The notes under the pieces: model-generated
Seen by the model: only the letters and a program-made list of their open reading frames with translations
The model's database searches: none
Told to the model about the DNA's origin: nothing
Position numbers and translations under genes: made by a program
DNA from: Gammaproteobacteria bacterium
GTDB lineage: Bacteria; Pseudomonadota; Gammaproteobacteria; Nevskiales; Nevskiaceae
Reading direction: 5' to 3'
Length of the DNA stretch: 45,857 nt
NCBI GenBank assembly: GCA_031396825.1
Contig: JANNLM010000026.1
Span: 1-45,857, forward strand
Part shown: positions 8,450-16,784 of the stretch, piece after piece
Layout of the letters: every line of letters begins with the position of its first letter
Position numbering within the stretch: position 1 is the first letter of the stretch

Positions 8450-9189
8450 TGCAGCCACCGCAGGCCGAAGTAGATTCCCGACGCGATGTGCAGCGCAAGC
8501 AGGCCAAAGAAGGTGATGGATAGAACGATGTGCAGATTCAGCGAGCGGGCGAACCAGCGCTTGAAGAACTCATCCATGCGGATCGCATACTCGAGATCGG
8601 CCACCGACTCGGCGATGCGGGTGACCTCGGCGGTGGGGCCGTGCGCCGGCAAGTCGATCCCCAACGATGCCAGCCCTGCCATGAGGGCGGACGCCCTCGA
8701 ACGCGCGCGTATTTCCGCCGGCGCGGTCTCCAGCACGCCCCAGGCACTGTCGAGATCGCCGCGCGCGGTCTGGAGTAGCAGCAGCTTGTCCTTGATGTCG
8801 TGGCTGACGTAGGTCAGCAGATAGCGCACGGCAAGGCCGCTCACCACCACCATCAGCAACACCGCCGTCAGCGCCACGCCCAGCGGGCTGTCGAACTTGT
8901 GGCCGGTATGGATGATCGCCAGCAGCGGGCCGAAGATGCCCGCGTAAACATGCAGAGTCATCCACGACTGCATCGAGAGGTGCGGCGTGATGCGGTCGTG
9001 AATCCAGGGCACGCGCTTGACCAGTGGGTAGGCCAGCGGCACCAGCATGAGCAGCGCGCCGGCAATGCCAAATGCAGAGCCCATGCCACTGCCCGCGAAG
9101 CGCGGTGCGCGATGCAGCAGAAAGCCGAGCCAGGCGAGCAGCAGCACGCTCGCCACCCCAAGCACCACGATGCGTTCCCGCGCCTTCAT
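8446..9189 (-). CDS. 5-TM membrane protein with two His pairs (putative di-haem b electron shuttle, ferric-reductase-domain-like)
   Basis: Predicted TM3 is LHVYAGIFGPLLAIIHTGH and TM5 is LHIVLSITFFGLLALHIAS. Each carries two His exactly 14 positions apart. An amphipathic soluble insert of about 80 aa separates TM4 and TM5. ATG 9189 lies 3 nt after the upstream stop. Confidence 0.65.
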   Translation of the reverse strand: MKARERIVVLGVASVLLLAWLGFLLHRAPRFAGSGMGSAFGIAGALLMLVPLAYPLVKRVPWIHDRITPHLSMQSWMTLHVYAGIFGPLLAIIHTGHKFDSPLGVALTAVLLMVVVSGLAVRYLLTYVSHDIKDKLLLLQTARGDLDSAWGVLETAPAEIRARSRASALMAGLASLGIDLPAHGPTAEVTRIAESVADLEYAIRMDEFFKRWFARSLNLHIVLSITFFGLLALHIASGIYFGLRWLQ

Positions 9190-9192
9190 GGC

Positions 9193-11226
9193 TCAGGCCG
9201 CGACCACGCAATCGCCCTTGGGCTTGGCTTGGCAGGCAAGGATGATTCCCTTGGCCTTGTCCTCGGCATCGAGCGCGTCGTCCACCGCCATCTCGACCTC
9301 GCCGGAGGTCATCGCGACCTTGCAGACCCCGCAGGTGCCGACGCGGCAGGAGAACTCGATGCCGATGCCAAGCTCTTCAGAGAGTTCGAGAACCGTCTGG
9401 TTGGGGCGGCTTCTGGATGCCTTGTTGTTCCTGGAGAACGTCACCAAGGGGCCAGTGGCCGGCGCCACTGGGGCCGCGGCGGTGCCTGCGGCGGCGGGTT
9501 GCGGCGCGGCGGTGCCGAAATCTTCGGCCTTCACCTGTTCGGGTGGCACGCCCAGTTCAGTGAGCAGCGCCTTGACCGCTTGCATCATGACCGGAGGGCC
9601 ACAGAGATGGACACGGCGCGTCGTGAGCGCGGGCACTGCTTCCGTGAGTAGCCTTCCCGTGATGCGTCCGATGGGCCCGGCCCAGTCGGTGCCTTCCGGT
9701 TTTTCCATCGTCACGGTGACGTGAAGGTGGGGGTTGCGTTGCTGGAGTGCGAAGAGGTCTGCGGCAAAGATGAAATCAGGTGGCGCACGGCAGGCATAGA
9801 AGAAATAGATGTCGCCCGGCCAGGCGCTTTCGGTGAGGGTGCGTGCAATGCTCATCATCGGTGTGACGCCAACGCCTCCGGCGATCAGCACGATGCTGCT
9901 CGCCTCCGCACCGGTAAACGTGAACTTGCCGACCGGCCCACCGACGTCGATCACGTCGCCCACCTTGAGCAGATCATCCAGATGCCGCGACACCGCACCG
10001 CGTGGCTCGCGTTTGACGGTGATATCGACAAAGCCGCGCTGCGTTGGCGACGAGGAGATGGAGTAGGAGCGGTTCATCTTGGCGCCGCCAATCCACAGTG
10101 AGAGATTGAGAAACTGGCCGGGCAAAAACGTGAACGGCAGCAGCCCCGCGCCCGATGCAGGCAGCAGGCGCAGTGTTTTGACGCTCGGCGTTTCGACGAT
10201 GACGCTCCCAACCCGAAGCTGCCCCAGCCACTTTGCGGTGACGGGTGGAGCCACAGAGGTGGCGTCCGCGTCCGCGGCCGCAGGCTCGACTTTCTGTACT
10301 GCGCTGGCTGCGGCTGATGTATCGGCTGGTGTGTTCGGTGTGTCGTTTGGTTCCGTCGGTGGTGGCTTGCCGCTGGCCGACGGTGTCGCCGGCGGTCGGC
10401 CCGGTGGGCCGGAGAGAGGCGGTGAGGAGCCCGGCGGCAGCCCGCCAGAGCCACTTTCCAGACGCCCAAAGAGTGCAGCGGCGCGTCGCATCTTGAGGAC
10501 ATAGATGACGACCATCGCCACTGCAAAAGCGACCAGCAGCAGCATCGTGACCAGGTGAAACGCTTTGACACCGCCAGAGGTCTGTGGCGAATCCGCAGTG
10601 ATTGGCGACGCGAGATTCATCTCGCGCCTGAACCAGTCCAATGCAAGGTTGCGTGGCGCCTTGCCGTCCGACAGCACCCGTCGCGCGGCGATGCCCGCTC
10701 CCATCTGATCGAGGCCCTCGCGCATCAGGCCAAGCGCTTGCTGCATGGCGACGTTGTCGCCAGCGTGTGCCGCGCGCTCAAGCGACTCGGCGCCGGTCGC
10801 GAGTCGCGCCATGCCTTCGTCGAGCTGCTGGCTCGACAGCGCGTCGATTTCGGCGCGCATCGCAGGCGTGAGCGCAGGCAGCGTCATCAGCGAGGGATAG
10901 ATCGGTGTCTTGGCTGCGGCGGGCGGCATCATCTGGCTCATCATGTCCATCATCCCGCCCATGCCACCCGCCATCGCCGGTGCCCCGGGCGCGCCGGATG
11001 CCGCTGCGGGAGCCGCCATGGGCGCATTCGGGGCCATCCCCGCTGCAGCAGGTTGACCAGCGATTTCAGCCATCGGTGCGCCGTCCGCCACGGCCGGTGC
11101 GGCGGGTGTGCCTGCGGCGTCCGCGCCGGGGTGATGGCTCTCGTGCTCGTCTGTCGTCTGTGCGTTTGACGGAAGCGCGATGAGCGCCAACGCCACCACA
11201 ATGCTGCCGATGAGTCCTCGTTCCAT
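9193..11226 (-). CDS. Bitopic fusion protein. Order: signal peptide, Met-rich periplasmic domain, one TM, Pro-rich linker, FNR-type FAD/NAD(P)H oxidoreductase, 2Fe-2S ferredoxin.
   Basis: Start ATG 11226 (MERGLIGSIVVALALIALPSNAQ) overlaps the upstream stop as TGATG. Periplasmic part: MAGGMGGMMDMMSQMMPP plus helical repeats. TM: FHLVTMLLLVAFAVAMVVIYVL. FNR motifs: RSYSISS, LIAGGVGVTPMMS, HLCGPPVMM. Ferredoxin motif: CRVGTCGVC...ILACQ. Confidence 0.8.
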   Translation of the reverse strand: MERGLIGSIVVALALIALPSNAQTTDEHESHHPGADAAGTPAAPAVADGAPMAEIAGQPAAAGMAPNAPMAAPAAASGAPGAPAMAGGMGGMMDMMSQMMPPAAAKTPIYPSLMTLPALTPAMRAEIDALSSQQLDEGMARLATGAESLERAAHAGDNVAMQQALGLMREGLDQMGAGIAARRVLSDGKAPRNLALDWFRREMNLASPITADSPQTSGGVKAFHLVTMLLLVAFAVAMVVIYVLKMRRAAALFGRLESGSGGLPPGSSPPLSGPPGRPPATPSASGKPPPTEPNDTPNTPADTSAAASAVQKVEPAAADADATSVAPPVTAKWLGQLRVGSVIVETPSVKTLRLLPASGAGLLPFTFLPGQFLNLSLWIGGAKMNRSYSISSSPTQRGFVDITVKREPRGAVSRHLDDLLKVGDVIDVGGPVGKFTFTGAEASSIVLIAGGVGVTPMMSIARTLTESAWPGDIYFFYACRAPPDFIFAADLFALQQRNPHLHVTVTMEKPEGTDWAGPIGRITGRLLTEAVPALTTRRVHLCGPPVMMQAVKALLTELGVPPEQVKAEDFGTAAPQPAAAGTAAAPVAPATGPLVTFSRNNKASRSRPNQTVLELSEELGIGIEFSCRVGTCGVCKVAMTSGEVEMAVDDALDAEDKAKGIILACQAKPKGDCVVAA

Positions 11227-11993
11227 CACTTGCCTCTCGTTGCGTTGGTGGCCTTGGGAACCGCCGCGGGTGCGACGGTGCCAAGCAGTGCGCGACGCTG
11301 ATCGTCGGTCAGAACGCGGGCGGCCTCGCCAACCGCCCGGATGAATGCGATCCGTCGATCGCCTCTCAGTTTTTCGATGTCGCGCACCTTGGTTTTGAGC
11401 GCCATGGAGTCGGGCTGGTCGGATCCCGTGAGCAACCACAACTCCTGCTCCGCCTGATCGATCTGGCGCTGCACTGCCGCCACATCCCCCATCGACTTTT
11501 GCTTGATTCGGTTGAGAGCGACGGCCTGGTCCGTGCTCAACTTGAGCGCCGTGGAGTAGTCGAGGAAAAAGCCGGTCGCGCCGACGTGGTAGATGTGCGA
11601 GACGCCAGGAAAGCCCGGCAGGTCGGACTGCATCGTCGGCGGTGGCGACCCCGCCGCGCTCATCTTCCCCATCATTTCGCCGCAACAGCCTGCGGCCGCG
11701 GGCATGGTCATCGCGGGCGGGTTGGCCGCACCGCTCGTTGTCCTCGCATCAGCCGCCGCCATTCCGCCGGGCGGTACCCCGGTCTTGAAGTTCCGGCCTT
11801 GATGGCTCTTTTCGAGTGCAGCCTGGATCGCCGCGAGCCGCACTCTGACTTGCGCGATCCCCTGCCCGAGTTTCGCCGTCGGTGGCGTACTCATCGCGGC
11901 CACGGCAGGCCTTTCGCTTGCCAACGGCATCTCTTGAGCGAACGCACACGGCATCAGAATCAGGGTGGTCGCAACGAACAGCAGCGCGATCAT
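11226..11993 (-). CDS. Periplasmic CpxP/Spy/CnrX-like (LTxxQ-type) Met-rich heavy-metal stress protein
   Basis: Signal peptide MIALLFVATTLILMPCAFAQ. Met/Cys-rich segment PPAMTMPAAAGCCGEMMGKMSAAGSPPPTMQ. Two LTxxQ-like helices (LSTDQAVAL and LTDDQRRAL), as in the CpxP/ZraP/heavy-metal-resistance family. Confidence 0.65.
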   Translation of the reverse strand: MIALLFVATTLILMPCAFAQEMPLASERPAVAAMSTPPTAKLGQGIAQVRVRLAAIQAALEKSHQGRNFKTGVPPGGMAAADARTTSGAANPPAMTMPAAAGCCGEMMGKMSAAGSPPPTMQSDLPGFPGVSHIYHVGATGFFLDYSTALKLSTDQAVALNRIKQKSMGDVAAVQRQIDQAEQELWLLTGSDQPDSMALKTKVRDIEKLRGDRRIAFIRAVGEAARVLTDDQRRALLGTVAPAAVPKATNATRGK

Positions 11994-12117
11994 CGTGGGC
12001 TGCCTTTACCGGAGACGTTGATCGATGAATAGGCATGAACGTTACCCGCATGTCGCTCCAGCCTCTGTCCGTTAGCGCACAGAGCCCGCCCGATTGCGTT
12101 GGTACGGTCGCCGAACA

Positions 12118-13134
12118 ATGCAACTCGGCATGGTTGGACTGGGCCGGATGGGCGGCAACATGGCGCGCCGGCTGATGAAGGGCGGGCACCAGTGCGTTGT
12201 CTTCAACCGGACGCCGCAGAAGGTGGCAGATCTGGTCAGGGAGAATGCAGTCGGTGCCTCCTCTGTGGCGGAGCTCGTCAGGAAACTGCAGAAGCCGCGA
12301 GCGGTGTGGTTGATGCTGCCCGCAGGCGTCGTCGACACGTTCATCGGCGAGCTGCTGCCGCTGCTGGAGCCCGGTGACGTCCTGATTGACGGCGGCAACT
12401 CCTGCTACGTCGATGACATACGGCGCGCAAAGGAGCTCGCGCCGAAACAGATCCACTATCTGGACGTAGGGACCAGCGGCGGTGTCTGGGGATTGACCCG
12501 GGGCTACTGCATGATGATCGGTGGTGAGAAGAGCGCCGTGCAGCAGCTCGACCCCATCTTTGCCACGCTTGCGCCCGGCCACGGCGACATCGCGCGCACT
12601 GTCGGGGGTGAGAACCTCGGCGGCACATCCGAGCAGGGTTATCTCCATTGCGGGCCGAGTGGCGCCGGGCACTTCGTCAAGATGGTCCACAACGGCATCG
12701 AGTATGGCCTGATGGCAGCCTATGCCGAAGGTCTCAGCGTCTTGCGGCAAGCAAACATCGGCAAACAGCCGAACGATTCCGACGCCGAGACGACGCCACT
12801 CTTTGCGCCAGAGCACTACCAATATGATTTCAAGCTTGGGGAGATTGCCGAAGTCTGGCGGCGAGGGAGCGTCCTGGCATCCTGGCTGCTGGACCTGACG
12901 GCAGCGGCGTTGGTGAAGGACTCCAGCCTTTCGCAGTTCGACGGTCGAGTGTCTGACTCGGGCGAAGGTCGGTGGACCATCAAGGCTGCGACCGATGAAG
13001 GAGTGCCGGTGCCGGTGCTCGCTACCGCGCTTTATTCGCGCTTCGCCTCCCGAGGCGAGGCGGACTTCCAGGGCAAGGTGCTATCAGCCATGCGGTACGG
13101 ATTCGGCGGCCATCTGGAGAGGCCCCCGAAATAG
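12118..13134 (+). CDS. gnd: 6-phosphogluconate dehydrogenase (decarboxylating), short form
   Basis: MQLGMVGLGRMGGNMARRL Rossmann start. Conserved GGNSxY, DVGTSGG, YCMMIGGEK and HFVKMVHNGIEYG blocks. ATG at 12118. Confidence 0.85.
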   Translation: MQLGMVGLGRMGGNMARRLMKGGHQCVVFNRTPQKVADLVRENAVGASSVAELVRKLQKPRAVWLMLPAGVVDTFIGELLPLLEPGDVLIDGGNSCYVDDIRRAKELAPKQIHYLDVGTSGGVWGLTRGYCMMIGGEKSAVQQLDPIFATLAPGHGDIARTVGGENLGGTSEQGYLHCGPSGAGHFVKMVHNGIEYGLMAAYAEGLSVLRQANIGKQPNDSDAETTPLFAPEHYQYDFKLGEIAEVWRRGSVLASWLLDLTAAALVKDSSLSQFDGRVSDSGEGRWTIKAATDEGVPVPVLATALYSRFASRGEADFQGKVLSAMRYGFGGHLERPPK

Positions 13135-13143
13135 GCGCAGCTC

Positions 13144-14544
13144 ATGAACGATTCCCACTCCGATGCCCTCGTCTTCTTTGGGGCCACCGGCGACCTCGTC
13201 TTCAAGAAGATTGTTCCGGCACTCTACGCAATGGAGCGGCGGGGCCATCTTCAGGTGCCGGTCATCGGCGTCGCGAGGTCCGACTGGACCATCGATCGTT
13301 TCCAGGCTCGCGTCCGTGAGAGCGTTCAGAAGCACTGCGAGCTTGACGAGGCGGTGTTCGCGAAGCTCGCCAGCCGGCTTCGGTACATCAGCGGCGACTT
13401 TGGCACTTTGGCCACTCACGCCGCTCTCCGCAAGGAGCTTGGCAGCGCCGGGCACCCGCTTCACTACCTCGCAATCCCCCCCAGTGTTTTTGCGGGTGTC
13501 GTGGAAAAGCTCGGCCAGTCGGGCTGTGCCCGCGGCGCGCGCGTTGTCGTCGAAAAACCCTTCGGTCGCGACCTTGCGTCCGCGCAGGCGCTGAGCGCGA
13601 CGCTTCACTCCGTTTTCGACGAGGCGAACGTCTTTCGCATCGACCACTACCTTGGCAAGGAATCGGTGCAGAACCTGCTCGTGTTCCGTTTCGCCAACAG
13701 CTTCCTTGAGCCGTTCTGGAACCGGGACCATATTCAGAGCGTACAAATCACCATGGCCGAGAAGCCTGGCGTCGAGGGCCGTGGCAGCTTCTACGAGGAG
13801 TCCGGCGCAATTCGCGACGTGATTCAGAACCACATTCTCCAGGTCGTGGGCTTCCTCGCGATGGAGTCGCCGCTCATGGCAAGCAATCAGGCGATCCGCG
13901 ATGAACAGACAAAGGTGTTCAGGAAGATCCGTCCTTTGCGTCCGCAGGACCTGGTGCGAGGTCAGTTCCGTGGCTACAGGGAAGAGAAGGGCGTCGCGCG
14001 GGATTCCAGTGTGGAAACGTTCGCCGCCGCGCGGCTCAGCATCGACTCCTCACGATGGCAGGGCGTCCCTTTCTTCATCCGCGCGGGAAAGTACCTCCCT
14101 GCGACAATGACCGAGGTGTTGGTCATGCTGAAACAGCCCCCACTCAGCAGCCTCTGCCCCGGCCAGCCGAACTATGTGCGCTTCCGGCTGAGCCCTGACG
14201 TGACGATTGCCATCGGGGCCCGTGTGAAGCGCCCTGGCGACGAGTTGATTGGTGATCTGACGGAACTCAAGGCTGTCAGCCGCCCGCAGGCGGATGAGAT
14301 GGATGCCTACGAGCGACTCTTGACCGATGCCATGAAAGGGGACGACACGCTGTTCGCGAGTCAGGCCGGGGTCGAGGCCGCCTGGGCTGTCGTTCAACCG
14401 GTTCTGGGGTCGGTGACCCCCCTGCATGACTACCCACCCGGTTCCTGGGGCCCAGCGGAAACTGAGCAGCTCATGGCGGGACTCTGTGATTGCGACAGCC
14501 CAGTCTGGCTCCTGCCTCACGGTGAAGGCGGAGCGAGGGAGTGA
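13144..14544 (+). CDS. zwf: Glucose-6-phosphate 1-dehydrogenase
   Basis: [15 protein letters not shown] motif, the RIDHYLGKE signature, and [11 protein letters not shown]. Confidence 0.92.
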   Translation: MNDSHSDALVFFGATGDLVFKKIVPALYAMERRGHLQVPVIGVARSDWTIDRFQARVRESVQKHCELDEAVFAKLASRLRYISGDFGTLATHAALRKELGSAGHPLHYLAIPPSVFAGVVEKLGQSGCARGARVVVEKPFGRDLASAQALSATLHSVFDEANVFRIDHYLGKESVQNLLVFRFANSFLEPFWNRDHIQSVQITMAEKPGVEGRGSFYEESGAIRDVIQNHILQVVGFLAMESPLMASNQAIRDEQTKVFRKIRPLRPQDLVRGQFRGYREEKGVARDSSVETFAAARLSIDSSRWQGVPFFIRAGKYLPATMTEVLVMLKQPPLSSLCPGQPNYVRFRLSPDVTIAIGARVKRPGDELIGDLTELKAVSRPQADEMDAYERLLTDAMKGDDTLFASQAGVEAAWAVVQPVLGSVTPLHDYPPGSWGPAETEQLMAGLCDCDSPVWLLPHGEGGARE

Positions 14545-15305
14545 CTAAGCCTACGGTCATCATCGAAGAGAGCCTCGATGCGCTGACCGAGCGGGTCGCG
14601 GAGGAGTTTTCGAAACAGGCAGCGCAGGCCCTCTCCTCGAGGAAACATTTCACTTGCGTGCTCTCGGGCGGCTCCACGCCGGTGGCCCTGTATGCCTTGC
14701 TCGCGCAGACGGCCCGCTACCGCAACGGGATCGATTGGAAGAGGGTTCACTTCTTCTGGGGCGACGAGCGCCACGCAGGCCCTGACGCTCGTGAAAGCAA
14801 CTATCGGATAGCCAAGGAAGCGATGCTCTCGCCGCTTGAGATTCCATCCGGGAATGTCCACCGCATCCTCGGCGAGCTCACCAGCGCGGAAGACGCTGCG
14901 GTCGCCTATGACGAGGAGCTCGGGCGCTTCTTCGGGTTGAAGCCAGGAGCTCTCCCGCGCTTCGATTTCGTGCTGCTGGGGATGGGCGCCGACGGACACA
15001 CCGCCTCGCTCTTCCCCGGAATCCCGCAGTTGGACGATACGCGCAGGAGGGTGCTGGCCCCGTGGGTGGAGAAGCTGGCGGAATTTCGGGTCACGCTCAG
15101 CCCGCTGACGTTCAATGCCGCAGCCTGCGTGCTGTTCCTGGTTGCCGGACGGGAGAAAGCACCGACCCTGAAGGCGGTGCTCGAGGGCCCGCGCGCTCCG
15201 AACGAACTGCCGTGCCAACTCATCCAGCCCGACCGCGGGGAACTCGTGTGGGCCCTGGATCAGGCCGCGGCCAGCCAATTGAAAACCTGCCCATTGCATC
15301 AATGA
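14541..15305 (+). CDS. pgl: 6-phosphogluconolactonase
   Basis: The GTG start overlaps the zwf stop (GTGA). LSGGSTP, FWGDER and [16 protein letters not shown] motifs are present. Confidence 0.85.
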   Translation: MTKPTVIIEESLDALTERVAEEFSKQAAQALSSRKHFTCVLSGGSTPVALYALLAQTARYRNGIDWKRVHFFWGDERHAGPDARESNYRIAKEAMLSPLEIPSGNVHRILGELTSAEDAAVAYDEELGRFFGLKPGALPRFDFVLLGMGADGHTASLFPGIPQLDDTRRRVLAPWVEKLAEFRVTLSPLTFNAAACVLFLVAGREKAPTLKAVLEGPRAPNELPCQLIQPDRGELVWALDQAAASQLKTCPLHQ

Positions 15306-15407
15306 CGAATCGGCATAGCTATGCGCACCACCGCACCGAGGGCTTGGCGGCAACGGCCCAAGATCAGGATCGAGCATCACCATGCAAACTGAACTGGGCG
15401 TGCGCAA

Positions 15408-16781
15408 ATGGAGCTAGGGTTCTACGGCGCAACGGGCACGGTCACCGGCTCGAAGTATCTCCTGAGCACGGAGCGTTCGCGCATCCTCATTGACTGCGGA
15501 CTGTTCCAGGGCTTCAAGCAACTGCGCTTGCGCAACTGGTCAGCGCCGCCCTTCGACCCGGCGGCGCTCGACGCCGTGGTGCTGACCCACGCGCATCTCG
15601 ACCACACCGGCTACCTGCCGCTGCTGGTCAAGAACGGCTTCAAGGGGCCGGTGTACTGCACCGAGGCCACCAAGGCGTTGTGCGGCATCCTGCTTCCCGA
15701 CAGCGGCAGGTTGCAGGAGGAAGAGGCCGAGCACGCCAACCGCAACCGCCGGTCGAAGCACTCGCCCGCGCTGGCGCTCTACACGGAAGCGGACGCCCTG
15801 AAGGCGCTCGAGCAGCTGAAGCCGTGTGCTTACGACACGGCCTTCGACGCGGGCCCGGGCCTGTCGGCCAGCTTCGCCCCAGCCGGCCACATCCTCGGCT
15901 CGGCGATGATCCGCATCACGGACGGCAAGACGCGCGTCGTCTTCAGCGGCGATCTCGGCAGGCCCGTGGATTCCATCATGCGGCCGCCGGCCCCGTGCCC
16001 GGAGGCGGATTACCTCGTCATCGAGTCGACCTACGGCAACCGGCGGCACGACGCGGCCGACGCGCATGCCGAGCTTGGCAAGGTGATCCGGCGCACGGCC
16101 GAGCGTGGCGGCGTGGTCGTGATTCCCTCCTTCGCCGTCGGGCGCACGCAAAGCCTGCTCTGGTGCATCCATCGCCTGAAGGCGCAGGGCCTGATTCCCG
16201 CGACCCTGCCGGTGTACCTGAACAGCCCGATGGCGGTGAGCGTCACCGCCCTCTACCACCGTCACCGCAGCGAGCATCGCCTGACGCCGGAAGAATGTGA
16301 CGCCATGTGCCACGCCGCGCACATCGTCAATACGGTCCAGGAATCCCAGGCCTTGAACGAGCGGCACGGGCCCATGGTGATCATCGCGGGCAGCGGCATG
16401 GCCACCGGTGGGCGCGTGGTTCATCACCTCAAGGCGTTCGCGCCGGACCAGAAGAACACGATCGTGTTCGCCGGCTTCCAGGCCGGCGGCACGCGCGGCG
16501 CGGCGCTGATGGCGGGCGCCGAGACCATCAAGATCCACGGCCAGTATGTGGCCGTGCGCGCCGAAGTCGTCGCGCTCAGCAACCTGTCGGCGCACGCCGA
16601 CCAGGCCGAGATGCTGGACTGGCTGCGCCGCGCGCCCCGTGCGCCGCGCACGACCTTCATCACCCACGGCGAGCCGGCCGCCGCCGATGGCCTGCGGCTG
16701 CGAATCGCCGAGGACCTGCACTGGGACTGCCAGGTGCCGGAGTACCTGGAGCGGGTCACGCTCGACGCACCGGAGGCCTGA
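15408..16781 (+). CDS. Beta-CASP family metallo-beta-lactamase-fold (RNA-metabolising type) hydrolase
   Basis: MBL motifs HAHLDH, PAGHILGSA and SGDLG. Beta-CASP motifs A (ESTYG), B (VVHHL) and C (SAHAD). Length 457 aa. Confidence 0.8.
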   Translation: MELGFYGATGTVTGSKYLLSTERSRILIDCGLFQGFKQLRLRNWSAPPFDPAALDAVVLTHAHLDHTGYLPLLVKNGFKGPVYCTEATKALCGILLPDSGRLQEEEAEHANRNRRSKHSPALALYTEADALKALEQLKPCAYDTAFDAGPGLSASFAPAGHILGSAMIRITDGKTRVVFSGDLGRPVDSIMRPPAPCPEADYLVIESTYGNRRHDAADAHAELGKVIRRTAERGGVVVIPSFAVGRTQSLLWCIHRLKAQGLIPATLPVYLNSPMAVSVTALYHRHRSEHRLTPEECDAMCHAAHIVNTVQESQALNERHGPMVIIAGSGMATGGRVVHHLKAFAPDQKNTIVFAGFQAGGTRGAALMAGAETIKIHGQYVAVRAEVVALSNLSAHADQAEMLDWLRRAPRAPRTTFITHGEPAAADGLRLRIAEDLHWDCQVPEYLERVTLDAPEA

Positions 16782-16784
16782 TCA

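Noticed and set aside
12015-12040. Possible Anr/FNR box (TTGATcgatGAATA) in the gnd / copper-operon intergenic region; also checked 15306-15407, 29656-29737, 30824-30853, 31731-31941 and 35655-35877
   Set aside because: Only the left half-site TTGAT matches. The right half (GAATA versus ATCAA) does not. No full TTGAT-N4-ATCAA site was found by eye in any of the intergenic regions, so I make no claim of hypoxic (FNR-type) control.
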